Notes under the pieces: generated by a model
Database searches by the model: none
What the model saw: the letters and a program-made list of their open reading frames with translations, nothing else
What the model was told of the DNA's origin: nothing
Assembly: GCA_963674695.2 (NCBI GenBank)
Contig: CAXXGI010000001.1
Coordinates: 160,001 to 224,000 of the forward strand
Direction of reading: 5' to 3'
Origin: a bacterium
Lineage (GTDB): Bacteria > UBA10199 > 2-02-FULL-44-16 > JAAZCA01
DNA length: 64,000 nt
Program-made: the position numbers and the translations under genes
In this document: piece after piece, positions 20,168 through 29,384 of the stretch
How the letters are laid out: every line of letters begins with the position of its first letter
Position numbering within the stretch: the first letter of the stretch is position 1

Positions 20168-22314
20168 CACATGTGGAACCATCCGCAGGTCCTCGATCGG
20201 GGTGGGTCGACGGGGCGACGTGCATTATCTTGAGCATCGCCATCGTCGCCCTCTGCTGGCATCGGGTCGGCACGTTCGACGCCTGGACGGACCTCGCGCT
20301 GGGAAACTGGATCATCGACCACCGCTCGATCCCCGCGCAGGATCCCTTCCTCTTCTGGGAGGGGGCGCGCACGCCCGCCAACATGTGGATGTCGCGAGTG
20401 CTCTTCGCCCTCACCGAACGCCTCGCCTCCTTCCCCCTGCTCACGCTTCTCAAGACGACCGTCGTCTGGAGCGCATTTGCCCTCGTCTTCCTCCGCACGC
20501 GCAGGCTCATCGGACGGGCGACGGTTCTGATCGCCCCGATCATGCTCTGGGGGATCATCCTCGCCTCAGTTCGATTTCAGATGCGCGGCGAGATCTTCGG
20601 CCTACTCTGCCTGTCGCTCGCCCTCTTTTTCATCACGCGGGCGCAGGTCTCCAGACGCGTGCCGTGGGAACTCATCCCGGTTCAAATCATATGGGCAAAT
20701 CTGCACGCCTCGTTTCCATTGGGGCCAGCCATCGTCCTCTGTTGGATCTTCGCCCGCATCGGGGAACGACACCTGCTCGAACGACGATTCGAAGGGAATG
20801 CCCCCCGCACCGGGGGGCTCCTCCTGTTGACCGCCCTGCTCGTCGGCGCCTCGGCCCTGCACCCGGATGGACTCGCCAACCTTCTGCATCCGATCGGCCA
20901 GCAGGCTGGTGCCCTCTTCCACCATCACATCTCCGAGTGGCTACCGCCCTTTGCCTCCGCATTCGGAACGCCGACGATGCGCGTCGCCGTCGCCGTGTTT
21001 CTGATCCTCGTCGCCGTCGCAACAGCCGCCACGGTCAGGCGCGGCGGTCTTTTTCCGCTCGCGATCGCCGCGCTCTTCTCCTTTCTGCTGCTGAGCGCAA
21101 GCCGCCACATCGCCCTCTTCGCGGTCGCCACCCTGCCGATCGCCGCCCAGGGCCTGGATGAACTGATTCGCCCCCTCGCGCAACACAACCGCTTCATCCG
21201 CATGGGCCGCATCGCTGCCGCCACGGCATGTGGCATCGGACTCCTCCTCATCCTGAACGGGTCGGTCGCATCCGCATGGGGCTCCCATTGCGCACCGGGA
21301 GCCGGGCCGGAGGAATCGCACCTGCCTCAATCAGCGGCAACATTCATCGCCGAGCATCCGATCGACGGGCATCTCTTCAATAGCTACGATATCGGGGGAT
21401 ATCTCTCCTGGCGTCTGGGGCCAAACCGCCAGCTGCTCATCGACGGACGCAACATGGCCTACGGCTCCGCCTTCTATCGCCGCTACCTCCAGGCCTGCTT
21501 CTCCCCCCAGCACAATTGGGATTTTCTGTCCGACGACCTCGATCTGCGCGCCGCCTTCCTCTCGGTTCAAGCAAAAGACGCGGCGCCCCTGATCGGCTTC
21601 CTCTCCGCACATGAGGAATGGGTCCCGATATGGGTCGATGGACGAGCGGTCATCTTCATCAAGCAAGGCATGGGCAACGATGCGCTCATCAACGCATTCC
21701 GCGTCGACGTCGATGACCCCGCATTTCTCGAAGCAAACGAGGGGCTCGATGCCCAGGCCGTCTGCGAGCGTGGTGATGCCCTCTTCTTCATGCACGCCTT
21801 CGCCTCGGCGGAGACGCTCTTCAATCGGGCGCGATGGATGGACGCGTCGGCCTGCCCGCGCGCTTTTGAATTGGCGCACATGGCACGAACGCGCGGTGAT
21901 ACAGCGGAATATACATCGTGGCTTGCCCGGGCAGAGCAGGAACACCCGGATGCGCCGCCCGTTCAATTCGAACGAGGTCTTCTCCTCGACGAGGCGGGGG
22001 ATGATCTCGACGCGATCCGGCACTACAAACGCGCCGTCCACCTCGGCTCCCGCAACCCCGCCCTCTTCAACAATCTGGGCCGCCTCTATCTCGAACGACG
22101 CCAGTGGAAAAAGGCGCGCCCCCATCTGGAGCGAGCCCTGACACTCGACCCGAACTTCGCCCCCGCACTGCGCAACCTGGGGATCGTGCATCGCCACGCA
22201 GGCGACATACGCAGCGCCGCCCGCGCCTGGCGGCGCTATTTAGAAATTCGCCCCGACGCCCCCGAAGCGGAGACGATTCGGGAAGAGGTGACACGCATGA
22301 TGAAGAGGAAGTAG
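20164..22314 (+). CDS. Multi-pass membrane protein (GT-C-like) with C-terminal TPR repeats
   Basis: D.W..LALG.WI, WANLHASF, ISEWLPP, FNSYDIGGYL.W, IDGR; TPR motifs NNLGRLY, RNLGIVH. Confidence 0.75.
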   Translation: MTHVEPSAGPRSGWVDGATCIILSIAIVALCWHRVGTFDAWTDLALGNWIIDHRSIPAQDPFLFWEGARTPANMWMSRVLFALTERLASFPLLTLLKTTVVWSAFALVFLRTRRLIGRATVLIAPIMLWGIILASVRFQMRGEIFGLLCLSLALFFITRAQVSRRVPWELIPVQIIWANLHASFPLGPAIVLCWIFARIGERHLLERRFEGNAPRTGGLLLLTALLVGASALHPDGLANLLHPIGQQAGALFHHHISEWLPPFASAFGTPTMRVAVAVFLILVAVATAATVRRGGLFPLAIAALFSFLLLSASRHIALFAVATLPIAAQGLDELIRPLAQHNRFIRMGRIAAATACGIGLLLILNGSVASAWGSHCAPGAGPEESHLPQSAATFIAEHPIDGHLFNSYDIGGYLSWRLGPNRQLLIDGRNMAYGSAFYRRYLQACFSPQHNWDFLSDDLDLRAAFLSVQAKDAAPLIGFLSAHEEWVPIWVDGRAVIFIKQGMGNDALINAFRVDVDDPAFLEANEGLDAQAVCERGDALFFMHAFASAETLFNRARWMDASACPRAFELAHMARTRGDTAEYTSWLARAEQEHPDAPPVQFERGLLLDEAGDDLDAIRHYKRAVHLGSRNPALFNNLGRLYLERRQWKKARPHLERALTLDPNFAPALRNLGIVHRHAGDIRSAARAWRRYLEIRPDAPEAETIREEVTRMMKRK

Positions 22315-22373
22315 GGCACTTCATATTCCGGGAGGCGCCATAGCTTTCGCGCCGCGAGGAGGAAAGAGAGAGC

Positions 22374-23816
22374 ATGCACACACAACGACTGAGCTTCATC
22401 CTGCAGATCGCCTTCGTTTGCTTTGCGATCATCCTCGTGAGCATCGACGCCTTCACCCAGTATCACCTGCTGACGCTTCCCTTTGAAATCAACGACAGCG
22501 AAGGCGTCGTCCTCAACCAGGCCTGGCGCCTGGCCCACGGGCTTGCGCTCTACCCGCCGGTCGATCACTCTCCCTACATCCTCTCGGTCTACACCCCACT
22601 CTATCCCCTCGTTGTCTCCTGGTTCCTGGATGTCGAGTCGATCGGTTTCTTTGCCGCCCGCCTGCTGTCGCTGATGAGCTTCGCCGGCATCGGCATCGCC
22701 GTTTTTTTCATCCTGCGCACCCTCACGCAAAGCCGGTGGTGGTCCTTTGCTGGCACGGTGCTCATCCTCTGTTCGGGGCATCTCCAGTCATGGGCAACAC
22801 TGTGTCGTGTCGACATGCTCGGAATTTTTCTCTCGCTCGCAGGACTCTGGTGTTATGTGGCCCGGCGGCGTGGCATCGGCCTGATCGCCGCCTATCTCTT
22901 CTGTCTGGCCGCACTCATGACCAAGCAAACGCTTCTGGCCGCACCACTGGCAATCCTCATCGATCGCATCCTTTGCAACCGCAGGCGGGGGATCATCGAA
23001 GCGGGCGCCTTCTTCGCCACCTTGGCGATAGCGTTTATCACACTCCAGATCGCCAGCGACGGACACTTCTTCGGACATGCCTTCTACTATGTAGCAACGC
23101 CCCTCTCGGCCGCGCAGTTGATGCTCTATCTCCGCCAGATCGCCTTCGGCTATCCGGTGCTCCTCATCGGCATCACGATTCTGCTGGCCACGCCGCTGAG
23201 GCGCGAGAGGGACCTCCGATGGCTCCTCGCCTATGTGGCCCTCGGTCTCGGAGCGGGGCTGACCACGCTCAAGACCGGCGCTGCGGAGAATCACTGGCTC
23301 GAGTTCATCATCGCCGCAACGCTCTGTTTTGCCGTCCTGGGGGCACGTGCCCCCCGCATCCTGGCCTCGCCGCCCTCCTGGAAGCCGCTCCTCATCGCGC
23401 TGGCCCTGTTGCAACTGGGCCTCATCCTCTTGAATCAAAACCTCTCCCTCTTGGCCGTGAGGAGGGCAGATGCCTACCGTTCAGAGGAGGGGCAACGCAT
23501 CGATGACGTCGTGCGCAGCACCCCCGGACCGATCCTCACCGAACAAGCGGGCTGGGCCGTCCGCAACGGCAAGGCGTTTCTCTTCGACGCATTCTCCTTC
23601 ACCCAGATGCACTATCAGGAACGATGGGACGAGCAGCCCCTGATCGACCGCCTCGACGACGGCGAATTTTCGCTCATCCTGACGCAATTTGACATCCGCA
23701 ATCCGCCGGCCCAAAAAATGCAGCGCTTCACGCCAAACATACTCGCGACGATACAGAAACGCTATCGCCTTCAAAAACGCATCGGCACCTGGCATGTGTA
23801 CGCACCCGGGGAGTGA
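22374..23816 (+). CDS. Multi-pass membrane glycosyltransferase (GT-C-like), paralogue of 14926-16464
   Basis: PFEINDSEG, YTPLYP, RVDM, TKQT motifs shared with 14926-16464. Confidence 0.75.
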   Translation: MHTQRLSFILQIAFVCFAIILVSIDAFTQYHLLTLPFEINDSEGVVLNQAWRLAHGLALYPPVDHSPYILSVYTPLYPLVVSWFLDVESIGFFAARLLSLMSFAGIGIAVFFILRTLTQSRWWSFAGTVLILCSGHLQSWATLCRVDMLGIFLSLAGLWCYVARRRGIGLIAAYLFCLAALMTKQTLLAAPLAILIDRILCNRRRGIIEAGAFFATLAIAFITLQIASDGHFFGHAFYYVATPLSAAQLMLYLRQIAFGYPVLLIGITILLATPLRRERDLRWLLAYVALGLGAGLTTLKTGAAENHWLEFIIAATLCFAVLGARAPRILASPPSWKPLLIALALLQLGLILLNQNLSLLAVRRADAYRSEEGQRIDDVVRSTPGPILTEQAGWAVRNGKAFLFDAFSFTQMHYQERWDEQPLIDRLDDGEFSLILTQFDIRNPPAQKMQRFTPNILATIQKRYRLQKRIGTWHVYAPGE

Positions 23817-23963
23817 CGTGACCCCTCGAAAAACTGCGTTTCGCGGATTTGTCCAGGAGACGGGTTCCGATAACACCGTTTTTTGAGATGCCCGGTTCAT
23901 CTACCCAACATCGGGCCTCTTTCTCCTTGCCCCTTTCCCCACGCGCTGCTATCCACACGCCCT

Positions 23964-24995
23964 ATGGAAATGGCCATCTTGGGGCTTGCGCAGAGCGGCA
24001 AGAGCACCCTCTTCGACATCATGACGGGCGTTAAAAGCGCCGATCATCACGGCGAGCGCTGCGTGCGCGGGCAGGCCCGTGTGCCGGATGCGCGGTTCGA
24101 CCGCCTCGTCGAAATCTTCAAACCAAAAAAGGTCTCGCCCGCGAGCGTCCCCTTTACCGACGTCGGTGTCGCCGGCGAAGATGCCTGGCGCGAGATGCGC
24201 AGCGCGCTGGCCGGCGCGGATGGCTTTTTGCACATCGTCGACGGGTTCATGACTTCAGACGTGCCGGAGATGATCAAAAGCTATCGAAAACTCGCCGACG
24301 AACTCATCATCTCGGACCTCATCGCCGTCGAGAATCGCCTGGAGAAACTCGCCAAGCTCCCGAAGGCCGCCTACAAACAGGAGGAGATCATCCACGCCGC
24401 CTGTCTTCCGCGCTGCAAGGAGGCGCTCGATGCGGGACGGCCGCTGCGCGAACTCACCTTTTCGGAGAACGAGCTCACGGGGCTGCGCAGTTTCTCCTTC
24501 TGGTCGATCCGTCCGGAGCTCGTCGTTTTAAATCTCGCCGAGGAGAGCCTCGCGCTCGCCGAAACATTCAGCGCAGAAGCGGACATCAGCTCACCCGTCA
24601 TCGGCATCTGCGGACAGGTGGAACAAGAGATCGCACAGCTCGACGCGAACGAACGCGCGCCCTTTCTCGAATCGCTGGGGATCGAAGAGCCCGCCTTCGA
24701 GCGGGTCATCCGCCGCGCCTTTACACTCCTCGGCCGCATCAGCTATTTCACCGTCGGCGAAGATGAGGTGAAGGCGTGGGTCATTCCCACCGACTCCACC
24801 GCGCCGCGGGCCGCTGCCGCCATCCACAAGGACTTCGAACGCGGTTTCATCAAGGCCGAGGTCGTCTCCTATGACGACTTCATCGCTCATGGTGAGACGC
24901 TCGCCGGCGCCAAATCTGCCGGACGCCTACGCCTGGAAGGCAAGGACTACATCGTACAGGACGGCGACATCATCTCATTTCGTTTCAACGTCTGA
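23964..24995 (+). CDS. ychF: YchF/Ola1-family ATPase (DUF933 C-terminus), divergent
   Basis: GLAQSGKSTLF P-loop; SYFTVGEDEVKAW, AAAIHKDFERGFIKAEV, EGKDYIVQDGDII. Confidence 0.85.
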   Translation: MEMAILGLAQSGKSTLFDIMTGVKSADHHGERCVRGQARVPDARFDRLVEIFKPKKVSPASVPFTDVGVAGEDAWREMRSALAGADGFLHIVDGFMTSDVPEMIKSYRKLADELIISDLIAVENRLEKLAKLPKAAYKQEEIIHAACLPRCKEALDAGRPLRELTFSENELTGLRSFSFWSIRPELVVLNLAEESLALAETFSAEADISSPVIGICGQVEQEIAQLDANERAPFLESLGIEEPAFERVIRRAFTLLGRISYFTVGEDEVKAWVIPTDSTAPRAAAAIHKDFERGFIKAEVVSYDDFIAHGETLAGAKSAGRLRLEGKDYIVQDGDIISFRFNV

Positions 24996-25004
24996 GGAAC
25001 ACCC

Positions 25005-25775
25005 ATGGACCTCGACCGCATCGCATTGGAACTCAAGGACGCGCGCACGCCGTATTGCCTCGCCACGATTACGAAGGTGGAGGGAAGTGCGCCGCGGCAC
25101 GTCGGCACGAAGATGATCGTCCTGCGCGATGGCTCCATCCACGGCACGATCGGCGGCGGCTCGCTCGAAGAACACGTCAAACGCGATGCACGCGAGGCCC
25201 TTCGCCTGCGCACGCCGAAGAGCACCTCGTATGATCTCGAGGAGGGCGCGGTGCAACCCTGCGGGGGAACAGTCGAGGTCTTCCTCGAACCGACCCTGCC
25301 CGCCCGGCGCACCATCGTCTTCGGCGCGGGGCACATCGCCGAAAAACTCGTGCCGATGCTCATCGCCATGGACGATAACGTCACCGTAGTCGATGAGCGC
25401 ACCGAGCAGATCGCGTTGCCGGCGTTTCAGGGGGCCGAGCGTTGCAATCGCCTGCCGCAGGACTTCCTTCCCACCTGCCCCTTCGATGACGATCTCAATC
25501 TCATCGTACTCACCCATCAGCATGTGCACGACGAGGCGATCGTCGAGTACTGCTTGACCAAGCCATTGTGTTACCTCGGGCTTATCAGCTCGCGCTCCAA
25601 ATGGGCGCTCTTCTGCGACCGCTATCGGGAAAAGGGATTCACCGATGCGCAACTCGCGCGCGTGTCCACGCCGATCGGCCTGGACATCGGCGCGGAGAGC
25701 CCGGTGGAGATCGCCATCGCCATCGCCGCCGAGCTCATCCAACTGCGCGCAAAAGAAGCTCGTCATTCTGAGTGA
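25005..25775 (+). CDS. xdhC: XdhC/CoxI-family molybdenum cofactor chaperone
   Basis: GSAPRHVGTKM, GTIGGG, CGG, FGAGH, PIGLDIGAESPVEIAIAIAAE. Confidence 0.9.
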   Translation: MDLDRIALELKDARTPYCLATITKVEGSAPRHVGTKMIVLRDGSIHGTIGGGSLEEHVKRDAREALRLRTPKSTSYDLEEGAVQPCGGTVEVFLEPTLPARRTIVFGAGHIAEKLVPMLIAMDDNVTVVDERTEQIALPAFQGAERCNRLPQDFLPTCPFDDDLNLIVLTHQHVHDEAIVEYCLTKPLCYLGLISSRSKWALFCDRYREKGFTDAQLARVSTPIGLDIGAESPVEIAIAIAAELIQLRAKEARHSE

Positions 25776-25837
25776 TCGCGAAGAATCCCGATTGTACACG
25801 GTCAATCGAGATCCTTCGCCTCCAGCTCAGGATGACA
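25761..25837. repeat. CGTC-type REP dimer (GTCAT.CTGAG subfamily) supplying the xdhC stop codon
   Basis: CGTCATTCTGAG...GAAGAATC / GATCCTTCG...CTCAGGATGACA. Confidence 0.7.
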
Positions 25838-25860
25838 CATCCCGAAAAGGAAATGCCTTC

Positions 25861-26457
25861 ATGCAAAACGTCACCGACATCGCGGGACTCATCCTCGCCG
25901 CGGGCGAATCGAAGCGCATGGGGGAGCACAAAGCGCTCAAGAAGAACGCTGACGGCATGACGTTTTTGGCGCGACAGGCCTATCTGCTCCACGATGCCGG
26001 GTGCGAACGCATCACCGCCGTCGTGGGCGCCGACGCCGATCGGATCATGGCAGCCCACCGGAATATCCCGATCACCTGGATCATCAACGAACGGTGGGAG
26101 CGCGGGCAATTCTCTTCCATTCAGACGGGACTTACGGGACTGCTCGAGATCACCACCACCGGCGTCATCCTTCAGCCAGTGGATGTAGTCGGCGTCCGCT
26201 TAAAAACAGTGAGCGCTCTCCTGCAGACGGCCCTGGCGAATCCACATCTGGCCGCCGTCGTTCCGGAATACGAGGACAGGGGCGGGCACCCGATCTACCT
26301 CGCCCGCAGCATCTTTGAAGATCTCATCAACCTCAACCCCACCGATCCCAACTCACGGCTCGACGTCCAGCTCGCAAACCTCTCCGACGTCATGCGTCTG
26401 CCGGTTTCCGACCCCGCCATCCGCAGCAATGTGAACCGACCTGATGATTGGGATTAG
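25861..26457 (+). CDS. mocA: MocA/MobA-like nucleotidyltransferase (molybdenum cofactor cytidylyltransferase)
   Basis: ILAAGESKRMG..KAL, GQFSSIQTG, PVD, GHP, NVNRPDD; adjacent to xdhC. Confidence 0.75.
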   Translation: MQNVTDIAGLILAAGESKRMGEHKALKKNADGMTFLARQAYLLHDAGCERITAVVGADADRIMAAHRNIPITWIINERWERGQFSSIQTGLTGLLEITTTGVILQPVDVVGVRLKTVSALLQTALANPHLAAVVPEYEDRGGHPIYLARSIFEDLINLNPTDPNSRLDVQLANLSDVMRLPVSDPAIRSNVNRPDDWD

Positions 26458-26473
26458 CGGGCTCAGCTTCTCA

Positions 26474-27709
26474 TCAACTCATATTCCACGGCATGGCGAT
26501 GGTGTGTTCGTCGACTCGAAAGATTTCGCGACCGACATAGATGATGATACCGTTCGCGACGCGATCAGGGCCGTAGGTCTCACGAAATGCACGCAATCCG
26601 CTGGCATCACGCTTGGTCACATTGGTCTTGCACTTCATCTCTATGGGATAGAGTCGTCCGTCACGCTCGAGCACCAGATCCACCTCGGCGCCACCGCCAG
26701 TCCGCCAGTGATATACCTGCGGTGGAACGGCGATCGAAGAAAACTGTCGTAGAATGAAGCCACACGCCCAGGTCTCGAAGATCGCGCCGAACTGGGGATT
26801 CACCACGAGCGCCTGTGGGGAAGAGATGCGTTGAAGAAAACAAGCAAGCCCCGTGTCGCTCAAGCACCCCTTCTTCTTTCCAGAAAGACGTTTGATCGTG
26901 TTCCCGTGATACGGCGGCAGCTCGATCCATTGGTAGGTGTTGGCGAGCAAATCCAGCCAATCGCGCGCGGTCGATGGGTTCACTCCAACATCGCGGCCAA
27001 TCTGTGACGTGTTGATCTCATTCGACGTCAGTGCTCCGGTCAACCCCAAGAAACGATCAAATTCGGCCAGTGCGCGAATGTTCTCCATCGTGCGCACATC
27101 GCGTTCGATATAGGTCTGAATGTAGGAGCGAAAATAGTCCGGAATCATCTCATCGGGCATGTCGAGCAGTCCTGGCAAAGATCCTCGCCAGAGAAAACGG
27201 CCGATTTCGCCGACGTCAAATCGTTTTCCCGCAACCGTGGAGGGAAATGAATCGGGATCATCGAGATAGGAAGCAAGCCACCCTTCCCTCGAGCCCTGCC
27301 CAGCCACCTCCGCAGGCGTCATTCCGTCGAGGTGGATGATGCCAACGCGTCCGGCCATGCTCTCCGCTACCGAACGCAGGACGCTCAAGTTCTGCGAACC
27401 GGTGAGAAAGTACTGCCCCGTTGCATCGCCCTCGTCGACACGGCGTTTGATCGCCGGCAGGAGTTCCGGAGCGAATTGCACCTCGTCGAGGATGATAGGT
27501 GCTGGGAAGTGATCGAGGAAGAGATCGGGATCGCTGCGCGCGCCATAGAGATCCTGGACCGGATCGAAGACGATGGATTTGAGATCGCCAAAGGTGTGGC
27601 TCAGAAGCGTGCTCTTTCCCACCTGCCGAGCTCCGGTGACGAGGACAATTTTGAAGTGTTCCGCGAGCGCACGGAGTCGTCCTTCAATATGGCGCGGGCG
27701 ATATCTCAT
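26474..27709 (-). CDS. AAA_14 ATPase with DUF4143 domain
   Basis: GARQVGKST, LDEVQ, LTGSQ, ESMAGR, FETW, EVDLV...PIEMK. Confidence 0.88.
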   Translation of the reverse strand: MRYRPRHIEGRLRALAEHFKIVLVTGARQVGKSTLLSHTFGDLKSIVFDPVQDLYGARSDPDLFLDHFPAPIILDEVQFAPELLPAIKRRVDEGDATGQYFLTGSQNLSVLRSVAESMAGRVGIIHLDGMTPAEVAGQGSREGWLASYLDDPDSFPSTVAGKRFDVGEIGRFLWRGSLPGLLDMPDEMIPDYFRSYIQTYIERDVRTMENIRALAEFDRFLGLTGALTSNEINTSQIGRDVGVNPSTARDWLDLLANTYQWIELPPYHGNTIKRLSGKKKGCLSDTGLACFLQRISSPQALVVNPQFGAIFETWACGFILRQFSSIAVPPQVYHWRTGGGAEVDLVLERDGRLYPIEMKCKTNVTKRDASGLRAFRETYGPDRVANGIIIYVGREIFRVDEHTIAMPWNMS

Positions 27710-27842
27710 TTACCTCGCATTTTACGGTTACTATCCGGAGTTTGCAAGGTATTTTAGTGCATTTCGGGGTGGGACCTTGTCGTTATGCCCGCGGATGCGG
27801 GGATTTGCGAAATGAAGGTTGGGCGGGAGAAGATGACAACCT

Positions 27843-28712
27843 TCAGGCTCTCTTGGATGATGCGGCCGTGATCTCTTTCAGAAACCGAGCGATGAGGGTG
27901 CCGCAGATATGACGGCGATAGTCGGCGGTGGAACGCACGTCGTCGATGGGGGTGACTTCATCGGCGAGGCTGCGCCTGGCCTTTCCGATGAGCGCGGTGG
28001 TGATCGCCTTTCCGCGAAGGAGCGCCTCGGTGCCCGGCGCACGAACGGTGATCGGCGCCACGCTCCCCACCGCAATCGCGATCCGCTCGACGCCGCCGTG
28101 AGAGATGCGCGCGTTCACGGCCAAGACCACCTTGGAGATCGCCTGCGCGCGCCGCGTACCGACCTTGAAGAAACGCTGCAACTCCTCTTTCCGGCGTTTG
28201 CGAATGCGCACCGCGGTCAGGAGCTCGCCGGGCCTCAGCGCCGTCCGTCGATATCCGGTGAAGAAGTTTTCCGCCAAAATCCAGCGCTCACCCTTGATGT
28301 CCTGCACCTTGAAATCTGCTTCGAGCGCCATGAACACCGGCGGTGCATCCCCCGCGGGAGAAGCGTTCATGACGTTGCCCCCGATCGTGCCGCGATTCTG
28401 AATTTGAACCGCACCGATGGAGCGGCAGGCTTCGGCCAAAATCGGCGCATGCGTGCGAATGATATCGCTCGTCGCAATCTGCGCATGCGTCGCCCCCGCG
28501 CCGATCTCGATCATATCGTCGTCGGCTTCCACAATCACCTTGAGTTCGGCGACATTCGAGATATCGATGAAGCCCGAAGGCGTGATGGCACCCGTGCGCC
28601 ACTGCACGATCAGATCGGTGCCGCCGGCCAGAACAGCCATCGTGCGCCCATGCATCCCGCAGAGAGCAATCGCCTCCGGGAGTGTCGTCGCTTTGTGATA
28701 CGCCACACTCAT
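27843..28712 (-). CDS. FAD-binding subunit of XDH-family molybdoenzyme
   Basis: LAGGTDL, QIQNRGTIGGN..NASPAGD, PIDDVRSTADYR. Confidence 0.92.
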   Translation of the reverse strand: MSVAYHKATTLPEAIALCGMHGRTMAVLAGGTDLIVQWRTGAITPSGFIDISNVAELKVIVEADDDMIEIGAGATHAQIATSDIIRTHAPILAEACRSIGAVQIQNRGTIGGNVMNASPAGDAPPVFMALEADFKVQDIKGERWILAENFFTGYRRTALRPGELLTAVRIRKRRKEELQRFFKVGTRRAQAISKVVLAVNARISHGGVERIAIAVGSVAPITVRAPGTEALLRGKAITTALIGKARRSLADEVTPIDDVRSTADYRRHICGTLIARFLKEITAASSKRA

Positions 28713-29221
28713 CGCGCCCCCTCGCGCATGCGCTTCGCTGCTCCCTCGACCGCGTCGATGATCTTCACATACCCCGTGCAGCGACAGAGGTTGCCCGCGA
28801 GTGCCACCGCAATCTCCTCGCGCGTCGGATTTGGGTTGCGACAGAGCAGCGCGTACGCCGCCATGAGCATGCCCGGCGTGCACATGCCGCACTGGGTCCC
28901 GCCCAGGTCGATGAAGGCGCGTTGCAACGGATGCAAATCATCGTTTGAGCCTGAGAACCCGGGAACCTGGGAACCCGACAGGCCTTCCACGGTGAGCAGT
29001 CGGTCGCCGTCGGCGAGCTGACCGAAGAGGAGGAGACAGGAATCGACGACCTCGTCGTTGAGGATGATGGAACACGCGCCGCACTCCCCCTCGCCGCACC
29101 CCTCCTTCGTCCCGGTGAGCTTAAGATCCGAGCGCAGCAGATCGAGCAGCCGCCGCGTCGGTTCCGCAACGACCTCTTGCTCGCTTCCGTTGATGATAAG
29201 TTTTCGCGTCACCACCGCCAT
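28709..29221 (-). CDS. 2Fe-2S subunit of XDH-family molybdoenzyme (copy 2)
   Basis: GTKEGCGEGECGAC, QCGMCTPG, GNLCRCTGY. Confidence 0.92.
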   Translation of the reverse strand: MAVVTRKLIINGSEQEVVAEPTRRLLDLLRSDLKLTGTKEGCGEGECGACSIILNDEVVDSCLLLFGQLADGDRLLTVEGLSGSQVPGFSGSNDDLHPLQRAFIDLGGTQCGMCTPGMLMAAYALLCRNPNPTREEIAVALAGNLCRCTGYVKIIDAVEGAAKRMREGAR

Positions 29222-29252
29222 CACCACTCCTCCGTCTTTCACGATTTGAATC

Positions 29253-29378
29253 CCCCTCCTTTGTAAGGAGGGGCTAGGGGAGGTAGACCCGGCTTTCCAG
29301 ATCTACCTCCCCCGCGCGTTTGCGTGCGATCCTTCGGATCACCCGCAATTCGCGCCTCCCCTCCTTACAAAGGAGGGG
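29253..29378. repeat. REP-like palindromic element (CCCCTCCTT.GTAAGGAGGGG arms) with a nested hairpin insert
   Basis: CCCCTCCTTTGTAAGGAGGGG...GGAGGTAGA/TCTACCTCC...GATCCTTCGGATC...CCCCTCCTTACAAAGGAGGGG. Confidence 0.7.
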
Positions 29379-29384
29379 CGCCAT

